The translations under genes were made by a program, and so were the position numbers. Positions 28,997 through 41,209 of a stretch of 64,000 bases of DNA are shown piece after piece. The stretch comes from an uncultured Acidobacteriota bacterium (GTDB lineage Bacteria; Actinomycetota; Acidimicrobiia; Spongiisociales; ZC4RG35), in the NCBI GenBank assembly GCA_963780755.1, contig CAWACX010000001.1, positions 351,278 to 415,277 of the forward strand. The letters run 5' to 3'. The notes beneath the pieces are model-generated. The model saw only the letters and a list, made by a program, of their open reading frames with translations, did no database searches and had not been told where the DNA came from. Numbering within the stretch: position 1 is the first letter of the stretch; every line of letters starts with the position of its first letter.

Positions 28997-30665
28997 ATGA
29001 CCCAAAAGATCAGATCTCAGGACGTCTCCGAGGGTGTAACCAGTTCCGGTGCCCGTGCCATGTTGCGGGCGGTGGGCTTGACCGACGAGGACTTCACCAA
29101 GCCCCAGGTGGGCGTGGTCTCGGCGGGCAACGAGGTGACTCCGTGCAATCTCACCGGCCCCGAGCTCTCCCGGCAGGCCAAGTCAGGCGTTGCCGAAGCC
29201 GGGGGAGTGGGCCTGATGTTCACCACGATCGCAGTCTCGGACGGGATATCGATGGGCCACGAGGGAATGCGGGCCTCGCTCGTCTCCCGCGAGGTGATCG
29301 CCGATTCGGTGGAACTGGTGATGCACGCCGAGCGATTCGACGCCCTGGTCGCCATCGCCGGATGTGACAAGTCGCTGCCCGGGATGATGATGGCCGCGGC
29401 CCGACTCGACCTGCCCGCCGTCTTCCTCTACGGGGGGTCGAGCCTTCCCGGCCACTACCAGGGCCGCGACATCTCGATCATTGACGTGTTCGAGGGGATC
29501 GGCGCCGAATTCGAAGGGCGAATCACGGTCGAGGATCTCATGGAGATCGAGCGCGCCGCCTGTCCCGGGGCTGGCTCATGCGCCGGGATGTTCACCGCCA
29601 ACACCATGGCCTCGGTAGGTGAGGCTCTGGGCCTCTCCCTTCCCGGTTCGGCCGCGGTGCCCGCGGTCGATCCTCGGCTCAACGACTTCGGCCGACGATC
29701 CGGTGAGGCGGTCATGAGGTTGTTGGAGGCCGACATCCGGCCCCGGCAGATCATGACGAGACCAGCTTTCGAGAACGCGATCACAACGGTGATGGCACTG
29801 GGCGGCTCGACGAATGCGGTCCTCCACCTCCTCGCCATCGCCCGGGAGGCCAGGGTCCCTCTGGAACTCGACGACTTCGACCAGATCTCACGGAAGACGC
29901 CGCACATAGGTGACCTCAAGCCGTTCGGCCGCTACCACATGGTCGACCTGGACCGGATCGGGGGAGTCCCGGTCGTGCTCAGGGCCTTGCTCGACGAAGG
30001 CCTGCTCCATGGTGATGTGCTCACAGTGACTGGGTCGACGATGGCGGAGAACCTGGCCGACGTGACCTTCCCGACGGGGCAGGACGTGATCGCCCCTCCG
30101 ACGAGCCCGCTCGCCGAGGAAGGAGGGATCGCCGTGCTTCGGGGCAACCTGGCTCCCGACGGGGCGGTGGTGAAGGTGGCGGGCATCGACCTCGACGTGT
30201 TCGAGGGCCCTGCCCGGGTCTTCGATGGGGAGGGAGGAGCCCTCGAGGCGTTGGAGAACCATCAGATCCAGCACGGGGACGTGGTGGTAATCAGGACTGA
30301 AGGACCCAGAGGCGGGCCAGGGATGAAGGAGATGCTGCAGATCACCGCCGCCATCAAGGGTGCGGGGCTGGGCAAGGACGTGCTTCTCATCACCGACGGC
30401 AGGTTCTCGGGAGGTACTACCGGGCTTTGCATCGGCCACATCGCCCCGGAGTCGGAGGTCGGCGGGCCGATCGGCCTCGTCGCCGAGGGCGACCGGGTCA
30501 AGGTCGATGTCTCCGGGCGCCGGCTGGATGTTTTGGTCGATGACGACGAGTTGGAGCGACGCGCGGCGTCGTGGGCACCCCACCCGCCGCGCTACGAGAC
30601 CGGTGCCCTCGCCAAGTACGCCGCGCCTGGTGGGTTCGGCATCGTTTGGGGCGGTGACGGGCTGA
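28997..30665 (+). CDS. ilvD: Dihydroxy-acid dehydratase; +1 frameshift near 30623 (true end [12 protein letters not shown])
   Basis: [52 protein letters not shown]. Confidence 0.96.
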
Positions 30666-30705
30666 GGCTCGGCAGGGCGAGCATGTCACGGGTAGCTTTG
30701 CCCTG

Positions 30706-31848
30706 GTGACACAACCCGAACCCACCGTCGAGGCCGATGTCGAGACCGAACTCGACGCCGCCGTCGACGCGGTGATCGGTGATGTCGTCGGCGTCGAGCC
30801 CGACGCCGAGCATTTTGAGGAGCCCGTCGAGGAGCCTGAAGGGGAGCCGACGGAGCCGGAGTCGGACCGTGACGGGTTGTTCACCCGGATGGCGAGAGGG
30901 GCCAGCGAGCGGGTGCTGGACGTGGTCCAGCCCGACATGGTCCTCGACCACGTCGACATCAACGCTCTGCTCGATCGGGTCGACATCAATGCCCTACTGG
31001 AGAAGGTCGACCTCAACGCGGTGCTCGACAAGGTGGACATCGATGCCCTCCTCTCCCGGGCCGACATCGACGCCATCATCGCCAGGGTCGACGTGCGCGC
31101 CATCGTGGACCGGGCGGGTATCCCCGAGATCGTCGCGGAGAGCACCGGCCAACTCGGCACCTCGGCGCTGGACCTCTTCCGGAAGCCGCTGGTCGGGCTC
31201 GACGAGATCGTCTTCCGTGGCCTCAATCGGCTGATCGGGCGCGATGCGAATGAGTTCCCGGACGGGCCGGGGGATCTCACTGCCTGGGTCGACCATCAGA
31301 TCGAGGCCAGGGCGGAGGTCGTGGGCCGCGAGCTCGCCGTAGGCCCTGGATCGGGGAAGACCGGGCGCTATGGGGGCCCGGTGACCCGTTTGCTTTCCTT
31401 GATGCTGGACGCCTTCGTGGTGACCACCGGGTTCACGTTGATCGTGGCCGGGATGAACTTCCTCATCGACCTGCTGTCGAACGGTTCGGTCGTCATCGAC
31501 AACACCGGCCTCTGGTATGGCGTGGGCATCGTTGTGTTCGCCTTCCTCTATATGTGGCTCTCACTGGGCGTGTTCGGCAAGACCCTGGGGATGACGGTGC
31601 TCGGTCTTCGGGTGGTTGGCCACGATGGCTCGGTGCTCCAAGGCAAGAGAGCCTTCGTCCGCACGATCACCTTCCCGATCAGCTTCCTCGCGTTCGGGAT
31701 CGGCTTGCTCGGGATCGTCTTCGGCAGGGAGCGGAGAGCGTGGCACGACCATTTCGCCGGCTCGGCGGTCGTCTACGACTGGGGGAACCGCTCAGCCCAG
31801 ATGCCCACTCCGCTCGCCGACTGGCTGGAGCGTCGGGGAACTCCCTAG
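30706..31848 (+). CDS. RDD family membrane protein with N-terminal 9-aa tandem repeats
   Basis: [32 protein letters not shown]. Confidence 0.85.
   Translation: MTQPEPTVEADVETELDAAVDAVIGDVVGVEPDAEHFEEPVEEPEGEPTEPESDRDGLFTRMARGASERVLDVVQPDMVLDHVDINALLDRVDINALLEKVDLNAVLDKVDIDALLSRADIDAIIARVDVRAIVDRAGIPEIVAESTGQLGTSALDLFRKPLVGLDEIVFRGLNRLIGRDANEFPDGPGDLTAWVDHQIEARAEVVGRELAVGPGSGKTGRYGGPVTRLLSLMLDAFVVTTGFTLIVAGMNFLIDLLSNGSVVIDNTGLWYGVGIVVFAFLYMWLSLGVFGKTLGMTVLGLRVVGHDGSVLQGKRAFVRTITFPISFLAFGIGLLGIVFGRERRAWHDHFAGSAVVYDWGNRSAQMPTPLADWLERRGTP
30955..31116 (+). repeat. Intragenic 27-bp (9-aa) tandem repeat x6
   Basis: [54 protein letters not shown]. Confidence 0.85.
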
Positions 31849-34094
31849 CTATTTCTCCCCCCAGCCAACGTAGTGAGCGTTGGGGGGAGTACCGGCGAAG
31901 CCGGGGAGGGGGGCGCCGTCGAGAGAGTCACCACTGTCGACTTGAACGCCGGGGTCCGCGACTGAGGGTCGACCTCCCGCCCCACTAGGGCGTTGGCCTC
32001 GGGGTAGTACATGACCGCGTTCCCGGCACGGATGTCGATGGGGCGGACCAGGAGCCCGTGCATCGTCCCGGTCGCGCTGCTCACCATGACCCTCTGGTCT
32101 TGAGTCAGCCCGAGGCGGGTGATGTCCACCGGGCTCATCAGGATCACGTCACGCCGATCCTGGCCCCGGTATAGGTCCTCGTCCTCGTAGACCACGGTGT
32201 TGAATTGCCCTTCACTCCGCACGGTCATCAGGCGCAACTGCCCATCTCCTCCCGCCAGCGCCGGCACTTCGACGGGATGGAACCGAGCCTTCCCTGTGGC
32301 GGTGGCGAACACCCCCTTGTGGAAGGTTCGGCCCCCGATCTGGAATTCCTTTTTGGTCTGATCGATCTGGCCGATCGGCTCGTATCCGGGGATCACCTTG
32401 GCGATGGCTTCCCTGATCCGGCCATAACGGCGCATTGAGTCCCAGTCCAGGATCCGGTCACCAGTGAGTGACTTGCCGAGGTCAGCGATCACCGCGACCT
32501 CGGCCCGAGGCCCTTCGTGACGGGGCGGCCCGCCGTCGGAGAGCCGGACGTAGTTGAACATCGACTCCTGGGTGGTGGGCTGGGGCTCCTCGTCCCGGGC
32601 CAGCACTGGGAGAATGATCGTCTCCTTCCCTCGGCCGGAGACGTGCCCGGTGTTGAGGGTGGTGGACATGTAGACGACCAGGTCGATCGAGCCCATCGCC
32701 CGGGCAGCGAACTCAGAGTCGGGATTGGAGCCGAACAGGTTCCCCCCGAGGCAGAGTGCGAACCGGATGCCACCGTCCGCGGCTTCGACGACGGAGGCCA
32801 TGGTGTCGAGCCCAGGAGTCGTGGGCAGTTCGACTCCGAACTCGGTCTCGAGCGCCGTGAACACGCTGTCCCTCACCTTCGGGGACACCGCCATGGAGCC
32901 GATTCCTTGAACGTTGGAGTGGCCTCGAAGCGGGAGCAGCCCCTTGTGCCGCCCGCCCAACATCCCCCGGGTCATCGCCAGGTTGGCGATCGCCTGGACG
33001 TTCTGCACACCGTGCTCGTGGTGGGTGATCCCCATCGCCCAGCAGAAGACCGCATTGCCGGCCCGTGAATAGGTGTCGGCGATGCGATCGATTGTCTCCC
33101 GGGTGACCCCGGACTTCTCCACGATCTCTGTCCAGGACAGGCCCTCGATCGACTGGCGAAAGGCATCCCACTCCTCGGCCCGCTCCCGCACGAACTCTTC
33201 GTCGACGGCGCCGATCTCGATGATCCGCTTGGCGACTCCGGAGAGGAAGGCGATGTCCCCGCCGATGTGCGGTTGGACGTACTCGTCGGCGATCTTGCTC
33301 CCGAAGAAGAGGCTCCTCATGTCGGACGGCACCTTGAAGCGGACCAGGCCGGTCTCCAGCAACGGATTGACCACGATCACCTTGCCACCCCGCCTCTTGA
33401 AATGGGCCAGGGTCGTCATCAGCCGGGGGTGGTTGGAGGCAGGGTTGGCCCCGATGATGAAAACCACGTCGTCCTTGCCCAGGTCGGCGCAGTCGTCCAG
33501 TTCGACTGTGGCGGTGCCCGACCCGGTGACGCTGGCCAGGGCGACTCCCGATGCCTGGTGGCAGTAGAAGGAGCAGTTGTTGACGTTGTTGGTGCCATAG
33601 ATCCGGGCCAGCAGCTGGAGCAGGAACCCGGCCTCGTTCGATGATCGCCCGCTCGTGTAGAAGAACGACTGGTTGGGCTCGGTGGCGGTCATCTTCCGGG
33701 AGATCCGAGCCAGGGCCTCGTCCCAGGAGATCGGCCGGTAGCGGCGGTCGAGCGGGCCTGAGTAGAGCGGTTCGGTCAGGCGCCCCGATGCTTCCAGCTC
33801 TCGTGGGCTGAACGCCTTGAGCTGCTCGTTGTCGAAATGCCGGAAGAAGCTGGGCTTGATCGCGCCTTGCATGTCGGCGGCCATCGCCTGGATCGACTTC
33901 TTGCAGACCTCGGGGAAGTGGCCCCTCTCGTTGACCATGCCTCCGAGCTGGCCGCCCATCCCCAGCGCACAGGTCTTGCAAGCGTTCTTGGAGCGGAGCG
34001 CCCGATACAGGCTGCGATACCCGCCGCTCGCCCGCGCCTGGCGCAAGGTGTAGAAGATCGCAGGGAAACCGCCCCCGGCGGAGACCTGTCTCAT
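31845..34094 (-). CDS. FdhF/YdeP family molybdopterin oxidoreductase
   Basis: FYTSGRSSNEA, NNCSFYCH, NPASNHPR, CWAMGITHH, RGHSNVQG, TVRSEGQFNT, YYPEAN. Confidence 0.92.
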   Translation of the reverse strand: MRQVSAGGGFPAIFYTLRQARASGGYRSLYRALRSKNACKTCALGMGGQLGGMVNERGHFPEVCKKSIQAMAADMQGAIKPSFFRHFDNEQLKAFSPRELEASGRLTEPLYSGPLDRRYRPISWDEALARISRKMTATEPNQSFFYTSGRSSNEAGFLLQLLARIYGTNNVNNCSFYCHQASGVALASVTGSGTATVELDDCADLGKDDVVFIIGANPASNHPRLMTTLAHFKRRGGKVIVVNPLLETGLVRFKVPSDMRSLFFGSKIADEYVQPHIGGDIAFLSGVAKRIIEIGAVDEEFVRERAEEWDAFRQSIEGLSWTEIVEKSGVTRETIDRIADTYSRAGNAVFCWAMGITHHEHGVQNVQAIANLAMTRGMLGGRHKGLLPLRGHSNVQGIGSMAVSPKVRDSVFTALETEFGVELPTTPGLDTMASVVEAADGGIRFALCLGGNLFGSNPDSEFAARAMGSIDLVVYMSTTLNTGHVSGRGKETIILPVLARDEEPQPTTQESMFNYVRLSDGGPPRHEGPRAEVAVIADLGKSLTGDRILDWDSMRRYGRIREAIAKVIPGYEPIGQIDQTKKEFQIGGRTFHKGVFATATGKARFHPVEVPALAGGDGQLRLMTVRSEGQFNTVVYEDEDLYRGQDRRDVILMSPVDITRLGLTQDQRVMVSSATGTMHGLLVRPIDIRAGNAVMYYPEANALVGREVDPQSRTPAFKSTVVTLSTAPPSPASPVLPPTLTTLAGGRNS
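31852..31913 (+). repeat. REP-like palindromic element, copy A (inside 3' end of YdeP-like CDS)
   Basis: TTTCTCCCCCCAG...TGGGGGGAGTACCGGCGAAGCCGGGGAGGGGGG; inverted copy at 57440-57499. Confidence 0.85.
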
Positions 34095-34113
34095 GGGGGA
34101 GAGCCTAGGAAGG

Positions 34114-35229
34114 TCAAGCCCTGAAGCGGTCGGGGAGGGTGGTCGCCGGGTCGACGCCGGCCTCCACCAGGGTGGCGGGTAGAGGCAGCCCGACGACCTG
34201 GCTGGCGACCAGAGCTCCGTACCCCGGTGAGGTCATGATCCCGGTGCCACCCTGACCCACCAGCCAGAAGAAGCCGGGATGTTCGGGCTCCTCGCCGATG
34301 ACCATCTCCCGGTCGGGGGCGAATGTGCGCAGGCCGACCCATTCCGAGTTGACGGAGCGAATCCCGAGCGTGGTGGCGGCGTTGATCCGCTCGATGGCCA
34401 GGGCCACGTCTTCGGCCCGTGGCCTGGGATCTCCGGGGTCGTCCGGCACCTCTTCGGCGAGTGAGCACAGGATCTGGCTGCCGTCTGCCTTGAAATAGAA
34501 GTTGTCCTCGATCTCGTCGACCAGAGGCCAACGGGACCAGGCCTCGTTTCCGGGGACCATGAACGCGGTGCGCCGCATCGGGGTCAGGCCGACGGGTGCG
34601 ACGCCGGCCATCGCCGCGACCAGGTCACCCCAGGCACCGGAGGCGTTGACCACCGCGCCGCAGTCGATGACCCCGGTGGAAGTCGACACCCGCCAACCAC
34701 TGCCGGTCGGGCGCAGCTCGGTCACCGGGCTCGAGGTGAGGATCGTGGCCCCGTTTCGCCTCGCCAGGCGGACGAACGCTTGATGGAGGGCGGCGACGTC
34801 GAGGTCGCCCGCTCCCGGCTCAAAGAGGGCCCCGGCGAGTGCATCCGCTTTCAGCACCGGGACCAGGCCCAGGGCATCACCGGCATCGAGGACCTCCACG
34901 TTGGCCCCGAGTTGCCGACCCTGCTCGGCGAGCTGTTGCAAGAGCGACGCCTGCTCGGTCCGGGCGATCCACATGGCCCCGCGATCGGTGATGAGTGGGC
35001 CATCGGCAACTCCGTCCGGGGGACTTTCCAGGAAGGCCTGACTGGCCCGGGCCAGTGGCCGGGAAGCCTGGCCCCCGTAGCTGGCGGTGAACATCGCCGC
35101 CGAGCGTCCTGTGGTGTGGGAAGCGAGCGCCTTCTCCATCTCGACCAGGGTCACCGAGCCATGGGGGGCGAGGCTGGCGGCGGCTGCCACTCCGGCGATT
35201 CCGCCGCCGATGACCACGAAATCGGGCAT
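34114..35229 (-). CDS. FAD-dependent oxidoreductase (DAO/glycine oxidase family)
   Basis: VIGGGIAG, HTTGRSAA, VNASGAW, WVGLRTFAPD, GQGGTGI. Confidence 0.9.
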   Translation of the reverse strand: MPDFVVIGGGIAGVAAAASLAPHGSVTLVEMEKALASHTTGRSAAMFTASYGGQASRPLARASQAFLESPPDGVADGPLITDRGAMWIARTEQASLLQQLAEQGRQLGANVEVLDAGDALGLVPVLKADALAGALFEPGAGDLDVAALHQAFVRLARRNGATILTSSPVTELRPTGSGWRVSTSTGVIDCGAVVNASGAWGDLVAAMAGVAPVGLTPMRRTAFMVPGNEAWSRWPLVDEIEDNFYFKADGSQILCSLAEEVPDDPGDPRPRAEDVALAIERINAATTLGIRSVNSEWVGLRTFAPDREMVIGEEPEHPGFFWLVGQGGTGIMTSPGYGALVASQVVGLPLPATLVEAGVDPATTLPDRFRA

Positions 35230-35277
35230 CGAGCCAGCCTACGGACACCAGTGGCTCCACTCTGGGACAATCAGACG

Positions 35278-35958
35278 GTGGCCATCGACCCGATGCCGAG
35301 CCGGTTCGACTTTCCCGATCCCCGCTACGCCGAAGGCGATGTGGTGGCGGTGGGCGGGGACCTGAGCTCCGGCACGCTTCTCACCGCATACCGATCTGGC
35401 ATGTTCCCCATGGAGCTCCCCGATGGGCACCTGGGATGGTGGTCACCCATCGAGCGGGCGATCCTCCCGTTGAAGGGCCTCCACATCAGTCGCTCGCTTC
35501 GGCAGTCGACGAGGAGATACCGGGTCTCGGTGGATGCCGACTTCGAGGAAGTCATCGCCGGCTGCGCCGACCCGGAACGCCGCGGGGACAGCTGGATAAC
35601 CGAGGAGTTCGTCGACGCATACATCGACCTCCATCGTCTGGGCTGGGCGCACTCGGTCGAGGTATGGGACGATGAGGGCGAGCTCGCCGGTGGCCTCTAC
35701 GGGGTGGCGATCGGGGGGATGTTCGCCGGGGAGTCGATGTTCCACGATGCCAGGGACGCCTCCAAGGTGGCGCTGGTCCATCTGGTGGTGATCATGAACC
35801 AGGGTGGGGGCAAGCTCCTCGACGTGCAGTGGCAGACGCCCCACCTCGAATCCCTTGGGGCCCGGGTCATCGGCCGCGATGCGTATCTGGACCTACTTGG
35901 CGATGCCTTGCCCGGGCCTGACCCCTTCGCTTCTGCCTATGAGGTGGACAGTCTGTAG
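35278..35958 (+). CDS. aat: Leucyl/phenylalanyl-tRNA--protein transferase
   Basis: GGDL, AYRSGMFP, WWSP, LHISRSL, AHSVEVW, GGLYGV, FAGESMF, DASKVAL. Confidence 0.95.
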   Translation: MAIDPMPSRFDFPDPRYAEGDVVAVGGDLSSGTLLTAYRSGMFPMELPDGHLGWWSPIERAILPLKGLHISRSLRQSTRRYRVSVDADFEEVIAGCADPERRGDSWITEEFVDAYIDLHRLGWAHSVEVWDDEGELAGGLYGVAIGGMFAGESMFHDARDASKVALVHLVVIMNQGGGKLLDVQWQTPHLESLGARVIGRDAYLDLLGDALPGPDPFASAYEVDSL

Positions 35959-35987
35959 AGTCGCCGCACTTCGCCGGGAGGAGTGCT

Positions 35988-36842
35988 TTGCGGCCCGTGG
36001 TTGCGGGAGTCGATCTCACATCAATGGGCCGGCGTGTTGCCGACCGGGCCCGAATAATGGCGGAGGCCGGGGAGACCGAGCTTCATCTCCTGCACGTCCT
36101 CGAGCCACTCGGCGAGGCCCTCATCGAGCCGGGGCTGGCCAAGCTGATGCGCGATCACCAGACCAGCGAGGCCGGGAAACTCGCGGACTGGGTTCGCGAC
36201 CGCACCGAAGTCCCGGTCCACCTCGAGGTTGTCAAGGGCTCGCCTTCCTGGGAATTGGCGGCACGGGCCAAAGGCGCCGAGGTGGTCGTGGTTGGGTCCT
36301 CGTCGATTGACGCCTTCGCAGTCGGGCCGGTGGCGCGAAGGGTGGCCCGGAAGGCGACATCGGACACCCTGGTCGTACGTCGGCAACCGCGGGTCCCATA
36401 CCGTCGAATCATCGCGGCGGTCGACTTCTCCGAGCAGTCCCGCCTCGCGGTGAATCGGGCGCTGGAGCTATTTCCCAATGCCGAAGTGACCGCGCTGTTC
36501 TCTCTGCCGTCCCGGTTCGATCCCGTGCTCTCGGCCGCCGGTCTCTACCGGGAGGAGTTGGAGGAATCACGGGCCCGCCGCCTCGCGATGGCGGAAGAGC
36601 GAATGGAGAAGTTCACCTCGGTCTGGAACTCCGACATCGGGACCCTGGTGGTCGACGGACCTCCAACCGAGACCATCGAGGAGATCGTGCGCAAGCGAGG
36701 TGCCGACCTGGTCGTGGTGGCAAGTCGGGGAGGGTCGGCCACCCGCATGGTCCTGCTCGGCACCATCGCCGAGGGCCTGGTGTCAGAGGCACCCTGTGAC
36801 GTCTTGGTCGCCCGGGCCCGGACCGCATTCCGGCGCCCTTGA
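35988..36842 (+). CDS. Tandem universal stress protein
   Basis: VVAGVD, IIAAVDFS, ADLVVVASRG...LLGTIAE..V..APCDVLV. Confidence 0.9.
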   Translation: MRPVVAGVDLTSMGRRVADRARIMAEAGETELHLLHVLEPLGEALIEPGLAKLMRDHQTSEAGKLADWVRDRTEVPVHLEVVKGSPSWELAARAKGAEVVVVGSSSIDAFAVGPVARRVARKATSDTLVVRRQPRVPYRRIIAAVDFSEQSRLAVNRALELFPNAEVTALFSLPSRFDPVLSAAGLYREELEESRARRLAMAEERMEKFTSVWNSDIGTLVVDGPPTETIEEIVRKRGADLVVVASRGGSATRMVLLGTIAEGLVSEAPCDVLVARARTAFRRP

Positions 36843-36852
36843 CGTGACGCGA

Positions 36853-36878
36853 AAGAGGGCGGCCTGAGCCGCCCTCTT
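36853..36878. terminator. Hairpin terminator between convergent genes
   Basis: AAGAGGGCGGC-CTGA-GCCGCCCTCTT perfect 11-bp stem. Confidence 0.75.
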
Positions 36879-36898
36879 CCACCTCCGCCCGCCTCCCT

Positions 36899-37759
36899 TC
36901 AGCCGGCGTTGGCCAGCGCCTGCCGCAAAGCCCTAGCCGTGAACACCTTCGCCAGGTGGCCCTTGTACTCGACCGAGCCGTAGAGGTCCTCGAGCACGGT
37001 CACCCCTTCCAGGGCCTTCTCCGCCGCCGCCTTGATTGCATCGTCGGACCCGTCGGTGCCGATCAAGGCCTGGCCGACGCCTTCCGCCAGCATCGCCTTG
37101 GTGCCGACCCCGGTGAGAGCGACCCGGGCATCCTCTACGGTGCCATTGGACTTCTTCACCCAGGCCGCGGCTCCGGCCACCGCATAATCGGAATGGCCGC
37201 CACGTCGTCCCAACTTGTCATAGGCAGAGCCCTCACCAGGCCCGGCCTTGGGGATCCTGATCGAAGTCAGGATCTCGTCGGGACGGAGGTCCGAGGTGAG
37301 TGCATCGACGCAGAAGCTCTCGGAGTCGATCTCCCTGGTCCCCGAGGCTGACTGGGCGACCATCGTTCCCCTGCAGGCAATAACCGCTGCCGGCTGGTCG
37401 GCCGCCACATCGGCGTGGGCCAGCGACCCGCAGGTGGTCCCCCGGTTGCGCACCTGGACATCACCGGTCAACGAGGCCGCCATGGCCAGGGCGGCGGCAT
37501 TGGCCGCGATCAAGGGGTCGGACGCCGTTGTCGCATGACGCACCAGTGCCCCGATCGAGATGTGGTCTCCGCCGTCTTCGACAGAGTCGAGACCGGTGAT
37601 CCGGCCGATGTCCACCACCACACCAGGGGAGAACAGCCTCATTTTCATCAAGGGGAGAAGGCTCATGCCCCCAGCCATCACCTTGGCATCGTCACCGAGT
37701 GCGGTGAATGCCTCTTCGAGGCTGGCCGGTGCCACGTAGTCGAAGCTCCTTGGGTACAT
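36899..37759 (-). CDS. CoxM/CutM-like FAD subunit of xanthine dehydrogenase-family enzyme
   Basis: AGGMSLLPLMKMR, GDVQVRNRGT.CGS.AHAD. Confidence 0.9.
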   Translation of the reverse strand: MYPRSFDYVAPASLEEAFTALGDDAKVMAGGMSLLPLMKMRLFSPGVVVDIGRITGLDSVEDGGDHISIGALVRHATTASDPLIAANAAALAMAASLTGDVQVRNRGTTCGSLAHADVAADQPAAVIACRGTMVAQSASGTREIDSESFCVDALTSDLRPDEILTSIRIPKAGPGEGSAYDKLGRRGGHSDYAVAGAAAWVKKSNGTVEDARVALTGVGTKAMLAEGVGQALIGTDGSDDAIKAAAEKALEGVTVLEDLYGSVEYKGHLAKVFTARALRQALANAG

Positions 37760-37760
37760 G

Positions 37761-40135
<2,375 letters not shown>

Positions 40136-40136
<1 letters not shown>

Positions 40137-40633
40137 CAGTTCTCCCCCCAATCCGGCGCAGGTGGCTCTTCACCGCGCATCTTGGCCCCGGCGTACTCCA
40201 CGGCCCGCACGATGTTGTGATAGCCGGTGCAGCGGCAGAGGTTGCCTTCAATGCCGTGACGGATCTCGTCTTCGGATGGGTTGTTGTTCTCCTCGAGGAG
40301 CGCTGCCGCCGACATGATCATCCCCGGGGTGCAGAAGCCGCACTGGAGGCCGTGGCGCTCCCAAAAACCCTCCTGAACCGCATGAAGCTCGCCGTTGTTG
40401 GCGAGCCCCTCGATGGTGGTGATGTTGGTTCCGTCGGCTTGGACGGCGAGCATGGTGCATGACTTCACAGGCTTGCCGTCGAGATGGACGGTACAGGCGC
40501 CGCAGTATCCGGTTTCACAACCGACGTGCGTGCCGGTCAGGTGGAGATTCTCCCGGATCAGATGCACCAGGAGTGTCCTGGGCTCTACGTCTGCCGACAC
40601 CTCCCGTCCGTTGACAGTGAGGTTCACGTTCAC
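40136..40633 (-). CDS. CoxS-like [2Fe-2S] subunit
   Basis: [29 protein letters not shown]. Confidence 0.95.
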
Positions 40634-40717
40634 GAAGACCCCTTTCGGCCGCTTCGGATGGGACCGGGGGAACCTATCAAATCCAGGGGGCGCGTGCCGC
40701 CGGGAATTTGGCGGTTG

Positions 40718-41089
40718 TCAGAGTGAAGAGCCGAGGGCGAGGATGTTGCCTTCCGAGTCTTTGAACCAGGAGGTCTTCTCACCATCAGGGGAGTGGAGGA
40801 TTCCGTCAACGGTGCGGAAGTCGTCGCCAAGGTCATAGTCCTCGAAGACGACCCCACGGGAGAGAAGCTCCGCCCTGACCGTCTCGAAGTCGTCGACCAC
40901 AAGTCGCACGGCAGTTGCCTTGTTGGTGCCGGCGTTGTCCGACGGGTAGACCTGGAATTGGGCGGTACCGGTGTCGTAGAACAGCTCGTCGCCGGGCTCG
41001 GCCGGCTCCAGCCCGAGCTTCTCCGAGTACCACGCCTCCGCCCTTGCGATGTCAGAGGCGGGGAGCTGGGGGTACATCCTGAATTGCAT
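40718..41089 (-). CDS. VOC/glyoxalase family protein
   Basis: LPASDIARAEAWYSEKLGL, L.SRGVVFEDYD, WFKDSEGNIL; AAGGAG RBS. Confidence 0.9.
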   Translation of the reverse strand: MQFRMYPQLPASDIARAEAWYSEKLGLEPAEPGDELFYDTGTAQFQVYPSDNAGTNKATAVRLVVDDFETVRAELLSRGVVFEDYDLGDDFRTVDGILHSPDGEKTSWFKDSEGNILALGSSL

Positions 41090-41175
41090 GTGACTCCTTT
41101 CGAGAGCCGACCGTACAGCCGGACCGGCATCGCCGCACTGCCATTTCTGCGGAAGGGTCCAATGTCCGATCCCTA

Positions 41176-41203
41176 TCAACTTTTTCGCGGGATTGGCCGA
41201 TCT
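41176..41203 (+). promoter_or_regulatory. Possible sigma-28 (FliA/WhiG)-type promoter
   Basis: TCAA-N16-GCCGATCT, 6 nt before ATG at 41210. Confidence 0.35.
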
Positions 41204-41209
41204 TTTGAC

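Noticed and set aside
32713-33981. Long alternative-frame and antisense ORFs (this one and many others in the track)
   Set aside because: Arg/Pro/Gly-rich shadows of real genes, expected at this GC content
40793-41209. Long N-terminal extension of the 588-aa ORF
   Set aside because: Overlaps the real minus-strand VOC gene; spurious open frame in GC-rich DNA
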